From a virus, in the IMG/VR virus record IMGVR_UViG_3300007541_000016, positions 1-64,000 of that record: a DNA stretch of 64,000 nt; one strand, 5' to 3'. The translations under genes and the position numbers were made by a program. Below, piece by piece: positions 34,901-43,803 of this stretch. Under the pieces are notes generated by a model, which searched no databases, had not been told where the DNA came from, and saw only the letters and a list, made by a program, of their open reading frames with translations. The stretch's first letter is position 1, and each line of letters starts with the position of its first letter.

Positions 34901-37590
34901 ATAAAGCATGGCAAGCTTTCGTTGATCCAAATTCCTCATACGCAAAGAAGCCAGAGCAATTTAAAAAGTTCCTAGTTTCAAACGCAAAAGAAGGAGACAG
35001 TGCAACTAGTTGGTTTAGCGCTGCATTCTCTGATACAAAGGACTTCTGGGATAAAAATATTGGCATATACTTTACAGCTATATCAGATGGTTTAAGTGGT
35101 TTATTAAATATGTTTAAGCTTTCTATGGCTCAAATGGGCTATGGTTTAGCTGAAATAGACAATCTTAATAAACAGGCTAATGTTTTGAATAAGTATTTAA
35201 ATGACTCAATATATTATTCTCTTGGAAATCAAGGAACACTCTTAAGAGCTGTCGATAATCCATTTACGAGAGAGTATGGAGAGCCAGTAGTAGAAGTAAG
35301 GGAGCCATTTCAAAGGATTCATTATCTCAGTTCTTTTACTCATATTCTAAATAACAAAATTCAAGAGAACATAAACGACGTTGCTACAGTTGTTACAGCA
35401 GTTTCTGATGGAAAATATCCAGTAACAGTAGCTTTGGATAAAGCTGCGTCGCCCGAAAGGCAGACAGAAAAAACTGTAGAAACGGGATTGTATTTCGATA
35501 ACATTAGAGGATCTGGATTTTTTGGAATATTGCACCCAGCTTTTCATCCGTTTGAAACTATTAGAGGAATATCAAAAATGGCACAAGGCGCGCCAGACGA
35601 ACTTACTGCCAGGAGAGTTGCCTTGTCGCATTTGAAAGAATCAGTAAAAGACATATACACTGGAGAACTTACGCTGATTGGCTCTCCAGATATAAGGCCT
35701 CATGATCTAGTTTATATAGCTGACGTTTATGAAAGAATGTATGGAGTTTTTGAAGTTGAACAAGTAGTTCATCACTTTACTCCAGATCTTGGTTTCATAA
35801 CATCAATAACGCCAAACGCACTTGTAACAGTAAACGATCCAGCTCGTTGGTTCATGACTTCTTGGCTTAGTTCCTGGATGAGTTTACAAACAATTAGAAA
35901 CGACACAAGGTATCTGCTGTCTTCTGCAAATAATGCAAGAACTGGAATTATTACCGGAGGACAAGTTTCGGTCGACGCCCTCAACGAAGCGCTTAGCGTA
36001 CAGATGCTTGGTGGGATACAGTATACCCATGGGCACTCTGCTTTAATGAAAGATGTTATGGCAAACTTTACGGCAAATGCAATGCCAGACGCAAGAAAAG
36101 CATTAGCTTCTCAAGCTAGGGACGGCAAGCTTCCTACTGATGATGGAAAGACTTTAGCAGCTTCTTTGGTTACAACTGGTTTAGCAACTGTTATAGGGGC
36201 CGGCGCAGCCGTAACTGCCACTATACTTACAGGTGGCGCAGCAGCACCGATCATAGCATCAGGAGTAATTGGCGGTGCAGTGCTGGGAGATATGGCTTGG
36301 AGTGGTTGGAAGTTTATTAGAGATAATGTCCTTGATCAGCACGGCTGTTATGTTCAATATTTGTCTAAGAGCGGTCAGCCAATGGATGCTGGTCTTTCGT
36401 ATAATCAAGGAATGGTTGTTGGTAAATATCACTCAAAGGCACTCCTACCTGGATTGCTTGGAGTAAACACTAGAAAGCTAGTCAGAACTCCAGAAGGTTA
36501 TGCATACATTAGGACTGATGACCTTCTTAAAAATCTTGGTTGGAAAGAAAAAGAAATTTCAGACTTAGTAAGACACATTAGTTTTGAAAACGCATTAGTT
36601 AATGCTCAAATAATAAAATATGCTGGTATTGGTCCAGAAAAAGCTGGATTAAACCAATTCTTTAAAGTCATAGTTAAAGTAAGTAAATTCGTTGACGGTG
36701 ATACACTAGACGTTGTTGACGTATTAAGGCCTGGTAGCAGTCCCTTTACAGTAAGATTTGAAGGAATCAACACGCCTGAATTAAATAAGGTAACTGGAGA
36801 AATTGTTACAGACAATTATGATTATACAACTGGTAGCATAGTTGATCCAAACTCTCCAGGAGGTAGAGCTCTATCATATGTTATTGAGTCACTAAAAGAT
36901 AAAATATTTGTTTTAAGAATTGCACCAAATGGTACATTTACAGCAGATGTTTCTTTGAATTCTGAAATTTTTGACGCTGGAGCAGCACAAAATACTCCTA
37001 ATAATTATCTTAAAGATACCACTGTTCAAGAAAATGGCTTTGGAGGAAAAACAGATTCAACATATAACAGAACTCTTGGAACAATATTCCACAGAATTCC
37101 AGTTGATGAAGTTACTAAAATAGTTGCTACAATGAAACAAACTTTCGTTGATAAGAGCTTGAATATTAATGTCATAAAGCAAACGGTAAAAGATTCAATT
37201 TACTCAGATAAGTTCCTCAACGCTGGAGTTCAGGTATTAAATCAAAAGTTTGAGATTGTTTATTCTCAGATTGAATCTTTAAATTCTAGCAGAAATCATT
37301 TTGTTACCACTGGAGAAGATGACCCTCTGTATGGAATGAGCGAAAATCTTGTAAAGGTATTTAATAATTTAATAGAAATAAAAATAATTGAATCATTATA
37401 TTCTAAATCTTCTGAATGGCCATTAATACTTTGGGACGAGTACTATTCAGATGGTACTCCAGCCAGCCTAAACTGGGAATTGGTAACAGCTAACCTTGCA
37501 AGTGTATATACAAAATCTCTACTATACAATAGAGATTCAGTAAATCTTGATTCCGAAAATATCGGAGAACTTGGAACAATTGGTAATTAA
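25984..37590 (+). CDS. giant baseplate hub-like protein (3868 aa) with C-terminal thermonuclease (SNase-like) domain
   Basis: gpD/gp27-like segments (RLKPGVRVHLRGGYGSN..LFNGMITNV; GELTLIGSPDIRPHDLVYI..GVFEVEQVVHHF); SNase motif VSKFVDGDTLDV..VRFEGINTPE..YNRTLG. Confidence 0.7.
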   Translation: MANNERVTETEATSYLQNFFASLQFKTKIDVDGEEKIIDGYEITLGKTLYDYLSLNHTIPSNIVGLKMADFYSRPLLDARKSLISTDATRDIFFTNTNPTTEEGRNIANTGLYYNSKTKRFTYYQSSGDKQHRLNTENIIDPIDFFEIISPHDLDFTKSQDIEKFNYLHSRVTQNGLMRILFFKPQIQKFAQKRYVNKDALQKSALNALDPSGSDLEWINMLLEAYNILIKDPILTYQIYQFMPNLAKFLFDAIAATADYSNDGMGGDTSDPLNDPVQIALRMFRSFGLDKDGEPVFQPAWTLINTGIRIQKALEQFPFRANIPPRTPDIFHLRIGASNFYVPPVSINVDTNFRTGSLTGGAIRQKNTPKFNTGYKDTTISLRLYFPNYEEIWGISIVDGTKIDLTQGDQFKVDFSTDSEDRIDKFLSSLRGLVAMFKSSPIIPIKNDYLNRVHGITGVSLANMSMSTIPSFPFCLVVDLEMKAFNHKPFLPMIKDFNQAVHWGKYRHYMGRAASVLDKYINNKFLVNSVVDMEPEGYKDVTLPNTSNQESSNPVASTTDNVESEKTTADTSIDESTFSTVSVDPYNDWKNGNNIEIYMPERVQSKIFSPDTSTFRSAQEKILTDTSRGMWNSLLYVMGIDVNESAGYGRTLDSVVNTTLDKVFNPSLKRKVTTALDLLLAGRGSEGINEKVYDYLANVYILNNPTIFNIPGGIEYILRRSTEAPSNDYNDFKLPSMPRDTTTGENKQGVTLVEVRAYLENQSNGESGLLNLLIEEIVQEKLNDKSLKLSEEEARIQAKEDLVDSFNKTLYERFFIAGPIKDYIDAAQAKEGSISFNEWEVPMIKVDLNPKNVIVDGISLTMGNNLVPLQVQMQDEPTYQHIGGKDTYVSMSLTIFGEEELIKIRNIFEHISGLARLEHAAGVIGFLGIKNIISALAGVKYVLPLRYNVDTIPNFPHVYKVQLTLVDFDIFQQKREKLSSIQQQKFIEEFATKKNPFLRLKQLWGMFNGYPDLPLEVYDKDGNVVGCLDPDYYFRSFEMLDRDVVNNQSIQEAARLTASFSSEKNDTRSEAERLKQDENYVNEIVKYLQSDQIEELTVWAESNQLSPSQLYSLIQKTIKKYSSLSESLLLDYVSSLTFEDKIYIFTDTNFSVPMGQFQVGEITSGTREKLEKTLQEVLNQTKEDDKYISINPDNLTEGIDNLDNEELLEYFHGMVYAIPALEEGYSDKVPAMMQTAAGYNFGYLDRQDGRFYLQNNDFNVKKSKDDKNNQKNNVHFTKVADTQTPDNQATNAHMAEVGTKALAEYQYAYSSGGREAESIGPNKGDQFSVTKHWEKMLSDTSYRDISGRMIRAYPTYMLWLIDEGGMFFGTKVFDNFYGLQSIIDFSIVQSEDILGDTLIFRVSNMYSKLNRPETSRIFEPGATSDPSTFNMTEGIGRIIDTLLNRSRNFKAHFDNKYVVDIENIRLKPGVRVHLRGGYGSNPNSLQTLFNGMITNVEMGEIVTVTCQSDAIELSPIINSANKKGDSGKIDGGINTGMFLSEPRDLMVKLLSMGTSRFREAFAHATRGTVFSENKFGIRHFGSILYEPLNEVEAQKNKAVRDSFKNAIDAVSDDSFGVSSLIKGAWNNTLGSYNGVDLAITGAAAAAGAATGGLGAGMLAGAAGGFLRNPMVGHMRTLMANLSTQRDYEIFKRNIYPGNGLGVSQFLGGDLDSGWSTAATASLDEYDKLGEERKSYLRRLGDASWDFAIQRNNPLVSAIAQTNNNNIYNSSNAVGSAQALSVAAAAAGVGLIAVGMPVVGSAMLGSGLLGAVNGRSTAAIFETMGLLSSLDDDLPGFDEVSFRAQTYMRSVWDMFQMCARLLPNYIVAIRPFEDRSTVFFGKPHWLYTSGVVPVSTGFLSEESAIRAGKKYNGPKVLDKDSELVELLDIINKGSSPMADATAFTQNFEPLNAAKQQQEFMYSGQYEYAPLEYIKNPKTGNYENKLINFQDPRRMFYYDESQKRIAARLPLNKGTVSVGFHLPFGKPGLTEIDITEMSSGHRQIPQLPFRYQFPYFTDRKTGSFDGIHSKYIFNSNMESLISWDVDEFVHIKEGKEVDYSGEKTKTNWTGGQNYFNLLAAEFKVLSQNSSGLITPSSDEFSNGKEQTSFTQNLSAFHFTSSLLTQNSELASYGNILLNTAFMDANSTDANFKFVVMPFPSWDNMKGATQTEFESVDAADPSEFYGGKITPTNDDSNNKTFEIASNFEFKQSLRNNLVSREKKIYSEWGMPETAEDEQFYVAMKWPYKPEWFDDINLKMGYANQYGNTETGLLPPGANKDDVNTWGLYGSAQDYKNRKVLIYSPTTNTAVCCRPAYFLWGNQKDQIFNDKNINSVDVNALDINNGNPYIDAVVSPDAAYHLGILNTYGVVDYESSDYANYGFEMGQLTNNQIRNTVLKAMAKLVYGDADYDFYSDDKTSELNKFLGTSVVPYARSCYFTFVEDDFPLGVIPATHIKSKLYNYEQTNDNQTKWNAEENYIIGFGSPKDGELSALYNGGNDAGLFTDFQKPNSNETYRSFGYLADVLKDPSIIKSNDAIVKNIFAPKESIYFANAQEAAADAIIGGNWIGWYESVLNGELNKISKDELYKVLDGEVDTFKDNDSKNSGRVTFKDVFDQSDLTIAIEARRNYDEDYDPNVKVIAGNGRTLAEAREIWDFFRVNFHDERMVKALFYEAYALDPDDEEPLPDFIIDLIMNNEKSLEETNIFQRYTEKQIAVPKRGTVTQTGVDASENFEILLGEEFIDGTRTYRVPKSGTQEVNNENAAKLTKEAIQFSAEKFLDYEASYDPETGAIRKGEVPGLFQDLDYAIVSKYANLSGLIRFLIETPVKTDEDINEVTNPITKNLISLRAQLGIKNQMTDKERKEILSKINTPRKLYLFIVGWFRQVLWSDSYNRAWLVLVPNRRLQHYSSNPLLFGSIGNGGLKRSDGKWDFSPVYKAWQAFVDPNSSYAKKPEQFKKFLVSNAKEGDSATSWFSAAFSDTKDFWDKNIGIYFTAISDGLSGLLNMFKLSMAQMGYGLAEIDNLNKQANVLNKYLNDSIYYSLGNQGTLLRAVDNPFTREYGEPVVEVREPFQRIHYLSSFTHILNNKIQENINDVATVVTAVSDGKYPVTVALDKAASPERQTEKTVETGLYFDNIRGSGFFGILHPAFHPFETIRGISKMAQGAPDELTARRVALSHLKESVKDIYTGELTLIGSPDIRPHDLVYIADVYERMYGVFEVEQVVHHFTPDLGFITSITPNALVTVNDPARWFMTSWLSSWMSLQTIRNDTRYLLSSANNARTGIITGGQVSVDALNEALSVQMLGGIQYTHGHSALMKDVMANFTANAMPDARKALASQARDGKLPTDDGKTLAASLVTTGLATVIGAGAAVTATILTGGAAAPIIASGVIGGAVLGDMAWSGWKFIRDNVLDQHGCYVQYLSKSGQPMDAGLSYNQGMVVGKYHSKALLPGLLGVNTRKLVRTPEGYAYIRTDDLLKNLGWKEKEISDLVRHISFENALVNAQIIKYAGIGPEKAGLNQFFKVIVKVSKFVDGDTLDVVDVLRPGSSPFTVRFEGINTPELNKVTGEIVTDNYDYTTGSIVDPNSPGGRALSYVIESLKDKIFVLRIAPNGTFTADVSLNSEIFDAGAAQNTPNNYLKDTTVQENGFGGKTDSTYNRTLGTIFHRIPVDEVTKIVATMKQTFVDKSLNINVIKQTVKDSIYSDKFLNAGVQVLNQKFEIVYSQIESLNSSRNHFVTTGEDDPLYGMSENLVKVFNNLIEIKIIESLYSKSSEWPLILWDEYYSDGTPASLNWELVTANLASVYTKSLLYNRDSVNLDSENIGELGTIGN

Positions 37591-37592
37591 TT

Positions 37593-39925
37593 ATGTCTGA
37601 TATCAACAGCAATTCTGACGGCCCAAACTTTTCAATGAATTTGTCGGACAACGATACTACTCTGTCTTTTGTGCAGAAGTTTGCATCACAGGCATATCCA
37701 GAAGGAAAAGTTCTCATCAAAAATACCTCAGCTTCACTAAAGGGTTACGAAGATAGAGGATTAGTTTCTCATACTGTAGAAAGTATAATGTCACGGAAAT
37801 ACTCTATATAGAGATCCGGGATTAGCTTTAACAGCCTACAATAGGCAAACAAATTCATCGCTAGATAGCCAGTTAGCATTTGTTTCCGATTACGCAGCAA
37901 GTAGCGCAGGTATTGGTGCAACAGATTCTCAAGCTTTTAGTTTTCCAAATCCAAATTACGATGGAAAAGATCCAAAACAAAGATTCGTTACTGGACAAGC
38001 AGCATATGAAGCAGCAATTGCTTCAAGCGTATTAGGTACTGGCTACGCTCCAGGTTATTTTCAGCAAAAAGCAGAAGCTTATAAAAGCCTAATGGCAAAC
38101 GATACTACCGTGGGCAATTCGGGTGTTGACGGAGAAGCATACACTATAGATCCAGACGCAACCAGTCTTGGTCCAGCAGTTAATAATCTACCCGCTGCGT
38201 TTACTGGAGTTTTAAATCAAAATCAAACACTTGTTTACGAAAACTTGATGGCTGTGCTTATAGGTAATTCAAACCTTCAAGGCGATAAACCACGAAAATT
38301 TGCCATAAACGCCTATGCAAAAGATAAAAATGATCTTATGGAATACAATGATATTGGATATTCTGCGGAAGGCAAAACAAGAAAACTAAAAGAAGTACAA
38401 TCATTTTTAGATCTTCCCGATGATAACGCATCATATTTTTATCCATCACTTTCGTTAATGATGTGCCTATCGGAATTAACTGGTCAAAATCGGAATAGCT
38501 ATACATGGAGGATATGGAACACATAGAGGCGCAAATCTTTTTTCAGATATAGCAACAATGACAAACATGGATAAAAGTACAAAATCAATTTCCGACCACG
38601 CTTTTGGTAGAGGCTATGACATAATGGGAGTTGGCGAAACTAAAGACTCATTAAAAGTTCTTGGAGATTTAGTTGGAAAACGAGAGCAATGGAGAAATCA
38701 ATTTGAAATCTTTTTATCAAAGTTATCAACACTGCCAGTATTTTTGCAACCAGATTCTATAGTTATAGGTAAAGTATGTTACTCTCAATACGTTTCGCCT
38801 GATGATGATCCAAATAGAAATAAGATTAAAGAAAGATTAATGAACATGTTTCCAGGATTGGGTAAGCATATTCATTTTGGTACTGATGGCCCAAACGAGA
38901 GCACTCATGATAATCATATACATATAAGCTTTGGTTGGTCAAGAGCCGGTAATCCAGATAGTTTAATTCAAAAGTCAACCTCATCAGAAGATCTTCCACA
39001 AGAAATTATTTCTGGAACTGCCCCAACAAATATAAACAGCGAAACAAGACAAGTATACGCTAGAATTGGCACTGTTTCTTACGAAGGAAACACGGCAGGT
39101 GTAGTAAAAGATACTGACATGGCAAATCTTCTTGTTTCTACTGGTTTATTTAACATAGAAGAAATAGCAACGATAGTGGGAATAATGGCTAGAGAGTCAT
39201 CACTAAAGCCATATGTTGGAAATTCATCTGGAGCGATGGGCCTAATGCAGATTATTCTTAACAACAACGTAGGATGGGAAGACGAACCATTGCCAGTTCC
39301 ATATGGGAATTCTTCAAACAAAAAAAACAATACTATTATTGGATATCTTTTAAGAAATAAAAATTATACAAAAGCTTCTGATTCTAAATCAAACTCATGG
39401 AACATTACAACAGTCGATCCTTTATTCTGGTATCCTATAAATCAAATAGCAATAATGGCATATCAGATGCAAGTATACTATTCTCAATCAGGCTATAAAG
39501 ATGCTGGAGCAAGAAGCAGCGCAGAATCAAAAAGACTATGGTCAAACTGGGGAGATGGATCCTGGGGAAGAGCAGGAAATCAAATGCCTTACGGTGTCTT
39601 GTCGAGCGTTTCAAGAGATACTGTCAAAAAAGTATACGAACATCTTGGTGGCAATTGGGCAACGTATAAAACGTGGGGTTTGGTGGCTTTGGTAGACGAA
39701 TATACAAAAAATGGTAAATCATACAAAAGACCCGTTGACGCTGCTGCCGATGCAGCTCTCTTAAAAGATGACGGAAAAACGTATTCGCCAGCGCCATATA
39801 GAAATCAGTGGGATTTTAATCTTTGGTATAGTGGTCCAAATAAAATACTACTAGGAAACAAAGCAAGAGAATGGTATCCAAGGAACTTGGCGGACGTAGC
39901 AACCATTATAGGGAGTCAAGGTTAA
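37593..39925 (+). CDS. tail-associated lysin (M15-like Zn peptidase plus lytic transglycosylase), ~776 aa, needs two +1 shifts (37794, 38491)
   Basis: Segments 37593-37793, 37795-38490 and 38492-39925 are stop-free; SDHAFGRGYDI...HDNHIHI; IMARESS...GAMGLMQI. Confidence 0.75.
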
Positions 39926-39929
39926 AATT

Positions 39930-40296
39930 ATGGTAAATAGATATCCAAAATTTGATAAAAAAATTAATGAAATGATCTCCACATCGGAGATGCAAAAACA
40001 AAAAACCAGGTTAGGGGTTATAGCATCTTACGATATCAAGACTAATACTGCTAGAGTCTTATTGGAAGATAGATATTCTGAGCAGATTACCGACGTTTTA
40101 ACAGGCGTGTCTTGTCCAATGATTCAGCGGAATACAAACAGTAGCTCCAGAAGTCGGCACGCGATGCTTGATAGCATTTAGAGATTCAAACGAAAGAATG
40201 CCGTATATAGTTTCCTACTATAATTCTGCAAATGATCAATCTCCTGTTCAATATAATAATATTTCACACTCCGGAATACCAAGGTTTATGGTTTAA
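39930..40296 (+). CDS. baseplate spike/gpV-Gp138-like OB-fold protein, 121 aa, one +1 shift (40128)
   Basis: Joined product GVIASYD..TARV..CPMIQ-G-IQTVAPEVGTRCLIAFRDSNERMPYIV matches the gpV N-terminal pattern; ends 2 nt before the next ATG. Confidence 0.75.
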
Positions 40297-40298
40297 TT

Positions 40299-40979
40299 AT
40301 GGCAATAGATCAAGTATATTTTAAAAAACCAATAGCAAAAAATACTGGACCATCAATCAATACGGTCCATTCTGATTTTGTTTTTAACAAAAGAAATGAA
40401 TTTTCAAGAAGAGAGGTGGGCCTAAACCATCCCGATACTTTATCTTTTGTAAAACTAAATGATTCTGGCGATATAGAGATAATGGCTAGTCCTGGTGTTG
40501 GCATAATAATAAGCTCATCCACAAGATCAATTAGCCTTTTTGCGGATACCTTTAAAATATATACGACAGAGGACGATGGCATAAGATGGAACCAATATGC
40601 TTTTAACTATGCGGGAACAGATTTTACGGAACCGTTTTTAGTTTCTTTAAAAGATTTCCAGAAAAGTCCAGCCTATCATAACTATGAAGAAAAAATAGGA
40701 AAAATACAAGCTTTAAAAAATATAACAGACAATAATAGTATTACTATTAATACAGACTACGAATATGATTCGCCGTCTATTAAAAGATCAATTACTTTAA
40801 ATACAATTGATAATTACGAAAATTTTCTTTCGGATGAACATTTAAAGTTATTGCAAGAATTGGCAAAAACAAAAACAATTAAATTTATAGACTATATGAA
40901 AGAATTATTGTATAATGGTTATACATTTAATCAGGCAAAAGTCAAGGCAGAAAGAGATATTGGTTCCGTAAATGAGTGA
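40299..40979 (+). CDS. baseplate protein, possibly the spike beta-helix part
   Basis: Short beta-strand run SFVKLNDSGDIEIMASPGVGIIISS; synteny. Confidence 0.45.
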   Translation: MAIDQVYFKKPIAKNTGPSINTVHSDFVFNKRNEFSRREVGLNHPDTLSFVKLNDSGDIEIMASPGVGIIISSSTRSISLFADTFKIYTTEDDGIRWNQYAFNYAGTDFTEPFLVSLKDFQKSPAYHNYEEKIGKIQALKNITDNNSITINTDYEYDSPSIKRSITLNTIDNYENFLSDEHLKLLQELAKTKTIKFIDYMKELLYNGYTFNQAKVKAERDIGSVNE

Positions 40980-41347
40980 TCTTTATTTAACTTTTGATGG
41001 AGATTTAAAGATTGACTCTAATAAAGATGTATCACTCGTTCCATCTTCGGCCCATGACGATATACAAAACATCTACATAAGGTTGATGACCGAGCCAGGA
41101 GATTTTCAGGTGTACCCTCAGTTGGGTACGTCTCTTTCTAAGCTATACCGGAATGCCACAAGACCCAGCTACTGCAGAATATGGTAAGCAGTTAATAAGA
41201 AACGCATTAAACAGAGAAGGAATATTTGCCGGAAAAAATATACAGATAATCGCAATTCCAACTGCTCCAGATTGTATTAGGTTTGATGTTAAATTAATTA
41301 CTAACTATGGAGAACCTGTGGTTCTTTCTGTAAGTCAAAATATTTAA
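40972..41347 (+). CDS. gp25/gpW-like baseplate wedge protein, 124 aa, one +1 shift (41149)
   Basis: Joined product IRLMTEPGDFQVYPQLGTSLSKLY-G-MPQDP..LIRNAL has gp25-like size and motif; lies before baseplate J. Confidence 0.8.
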
Positions 41348-41355
41348 GGAAAAAA

Positions 41356-42522
41356 ATGACTTTAATATATACAAAAACAAAATCAGAAATTCTAGATCAA
41401 ATAATCAATTCACTTGAAAAGAATGCTGGAATAACAGCAACTTCTCCCGGTTCAATAGCAAGAGCGTTTGCCGAAGCGGTATCTGATCAAATAGGCGATC
41501 TTTATACTATCCTTAAATATAATGTTGATCAAACAATGATCAGCACTGCATCAGGTAGAAACCTAGATCTTATAGGAGAACTTTATTCAGTTCCAAGAAA
41601 ACTTGTTTCTCAACAAATATCGGAAGATAGAAACATAGCAAATGTAATCTTTAGTATAAATAAACCATACAGTAAAGATATAATAATATCCAAAGATACC
41701 CTGATATACAACGATATAAGCGCTACCTCCTCTCTACAATTTCAGTACAAGCTAGTTGGAGATGTTACAATTCCCACTGGCTCTAAGAGAGCATACGGTC
41801 AAATTACGGCAGCTTTTAGCGACAGAACCTATACAGCTTCAATAGGAAGCTTAACAAGACATAACTTTATTCCTCCGCCAGGAATAGTTTTATCTGTTGT
41901 TAATACTAAAGAAGTTTACAATCAAATTGACTACGAAAGCGATGACGCATATAGAAAAAGGATCATTAGATCAATAAAAATCAATGCCGTAGGAACATCA
42001 GAGTCAATCAGGTTGGCTACATTGTCCATTAAGGGCGTAAGAGATGTTAGAATTAGAGAAGGTTCTTATGGCATGGGCTCTTGTGATGTGGTCGTAATTC
42101 CAGAGTCACCGTCATACTCAGCAACGCTTGATAAGTCTGTTTATCAAGAGCTTTTAAAGATTAAACCAATTGGAGTTAGAATGAATGTTAGAGTAGCTCA
42201 AAGAGTTCAGGTTTCTTTGTCTGCTAATATCCTTCTTTCGGCTGGTCAACAATCTTTGGCCAATAATGGAATAGCTAATCAAGCCGCATATTTTGCAAAG
42301 AGATATTTAAATTCTTTTACAGTAGGAGACATTTTAGATATTAATATTCTAAAAGGCCAGATAATGGCCGCATCGGATTTGATATCCGACGTAGTTATTA
42401 ATTCAATCTCCGTTAATGGTGTGGAAATTCCAAAAGAAAATTTTCAATTACAAACTGAAAGATCTTACATGGTAGCAGGAATTGTGGAAATATACCCTGC
42501 TATAATAGGATACACTCAATAA
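41356..42522 (+). CDS. baseplate J-like protein
   Basis: PGSIAR, TASGRNLDLIG, ESDDAYRKRI, GTSESI, GVRDV, GSCDVVV motifs. Confidence 0.85.
   Translation: MTLIYTKTKSEILDQIINSLEKNAGITATSPGSIARAFAEAVSDQIGDLYTILKYNVDQTMISTASGRNLDLIGELYSVPRKLVSQQISEDRNIANVIFSINKPYSKDIIISKDTLIYNDISATSSLQFQYKLVGDVTIPTGSKRAYGQITAAFSDRTYTASIGSLTRHNFIPPPGIVLSVVNTKEVYNQIDYESDDAYRKRIIRSIKINAVGTSESIRLATLSIKGVRDVRIREGSYGMGSCDVVVIPESPSYSATLDKSVYQELLKIKPIGVRMNVRVAQRVQVSLSANILLSAGQQSLANNGIANQAAYFAKRYLNSFTVGDILDINILKGQIMAASDLISDVVINSISVNGVEIPKENFQLQTERSYMVAGIVEIYPAIIGYTQ
42498..42506 (+). promoter_or_regulatory. extended -10 promoter (TGCTATAAT)
   Basis: Perfect TGnTATAAT 30 nt before the ATG of the phosphoesterase gene. Confidence 0.45.
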
Positions 42523-42536
42523 AAAAGTAGGTATCA

Positions 42537-43790
42537 ATGTCGTTAGATTCGTATTATGTCGTGAAGACTACGTCTATAGTTAAAGCTATTAATAAAACTA
42601 AAGCTAGATCCGTTCTTGTCGGTGAAGAGGCACATGGTGAAGTATTGGCACAAAAGGTAGAAGTTGAAAAGAGAGAACAAAAAGAGGTAGCTGAAATAAT
42701 ATCAAGACTAGATTCAGATTTTCCTTCTTCAGAAGAAGAGCTAGTAGAAGAAGAGGAAGCAAACAGTTACTCTTCTTTTCTTACAGTAAACGAAGATATA
42801 GTAAACTTTTTAAGATCAGAAAATAAACGTCTAGCCAAACTAGCGGAAAAGAACAAGAATGTAAAAGAAGAAGCCGTATATTCCGTTTATCAGGCAGCTT
42901 ATGATGCATTTAACCAGTTCGAGCTTCCTTCAATAAAGAGAATAAATTACTCAAAGGCAAAGGGAGTTCCAGAAACTGCGGTTGCAGTCTTTGCCGACTG
43001 GCAGCTAGGAAAAGTAACTCCCACTTATAATTCAGATATATTAGCAAAAAGAATAGAATTATATACAGAAAAACTTATAGAAATAACAGAGATACAAAGA
43101 GCCCATCACCCAGTAGAGGACTTACACGTATGGCTTTTGGGGGATATAGTTGAGGGTGAAGAGATCTTTCCAGGGCAGAGTCACTTAATAGATTCCGGTC
43201 TTTATAGGCAGGTCGGAGTTAATGGGCCTGAAATTTTAACTAATTTTATTAACACATGCCTGGAGCACTTTGACAGAATCCATATTACTGGTGTAATAGG
43301 TAATCACGGATCTGTTGGGGGGAGAGCTCGCAAACAACATGACCCAGAAACAAATATGGATAGACTGTTGTACAAGATACTAGACTTAATTTATGCAAAG
43401 GAGAAAAGAGTTTCTTTTAATATTCCAGACGGAAGAGGAGAAAGAAACTTTTACGCAATAGATTCGATAGGTGACTATAGCAGTCTTTTAATTCACGGCG
43501 ATCAAATGCCTGCCCCAGGACAGTTTTATGGTTACTATAAAAAGGTAATGGGATGGAAAGACGAAGCTATTCCAGAAAATTTTGACGACGTCTATATGGG
43601 TCACTATCATCAAAAGTTTAAAATGACAATTGGTAGTAGTACTCTTAGAATATCTGGTTCTCCAGAAAGTCATAATACATACGCTCAAGAATACTTTAAT
43701 TCAATGAGCAGACCATGCCAGGACTTACTATATGTTCATCCAAAAAATGGTATCACTTCGGAGTACACAATTTGGTTAGACGCCGTATAA
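42537..43790 (+). CDS. calcineurin-like metallophosphoesterase with N-terminal coiled coil
   Basis: DWQLG, GDIVEG, GNHG, HGD and GHYH motifs in canonical order. Confidence 0.85.
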   Translation: MSLDSYYVVKTTSIVKAINKTKARSVLVGEEAHGEVLAQKVEVEKREQKEVAEIISRLDSDFPSSEEELVEEEEANSYSSFLTVNEDIVNFLRSENKRLAKLAEKNKNVKEEAVYSVYQAAYDAFNQFELPSIKRINYSKAKGVPETAVAVFADWQLGKVTPTYNSDILAKRIELYTEKLIEITEIQRAHHPVEDLHVWLLGDIVEGEEIFPGQSHLIDSGLYRQVGVNGPEILTNFINTCLEHFDRIHITGVIGNHGSVGGRARKQHDPETNMDRLLYKILDLIYAKEKRVSFNIPDGRGERNFYAIDSIGDYSSLLIHGDQMPAPGQFYGYYKKVMGWKDEAIPENFDDVYMGHYHQKFKMTIGSSTLRISGSPESHNTYAQEYFNSMSRPCQDLLYVHPKNGITSEYTIWLDAV

Positions 43791-43803
43791 GCTAGGGGCT
43801 TAG

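Noticed and set aside
40147-40160. Additional in-frame CGG (AGT-CGG-CAC) in ORF 39930..40181
   Set aside because: It lies downstream of the 40128 shift, in the abandoned frame; in the corrected frame it reads GTC-GGC
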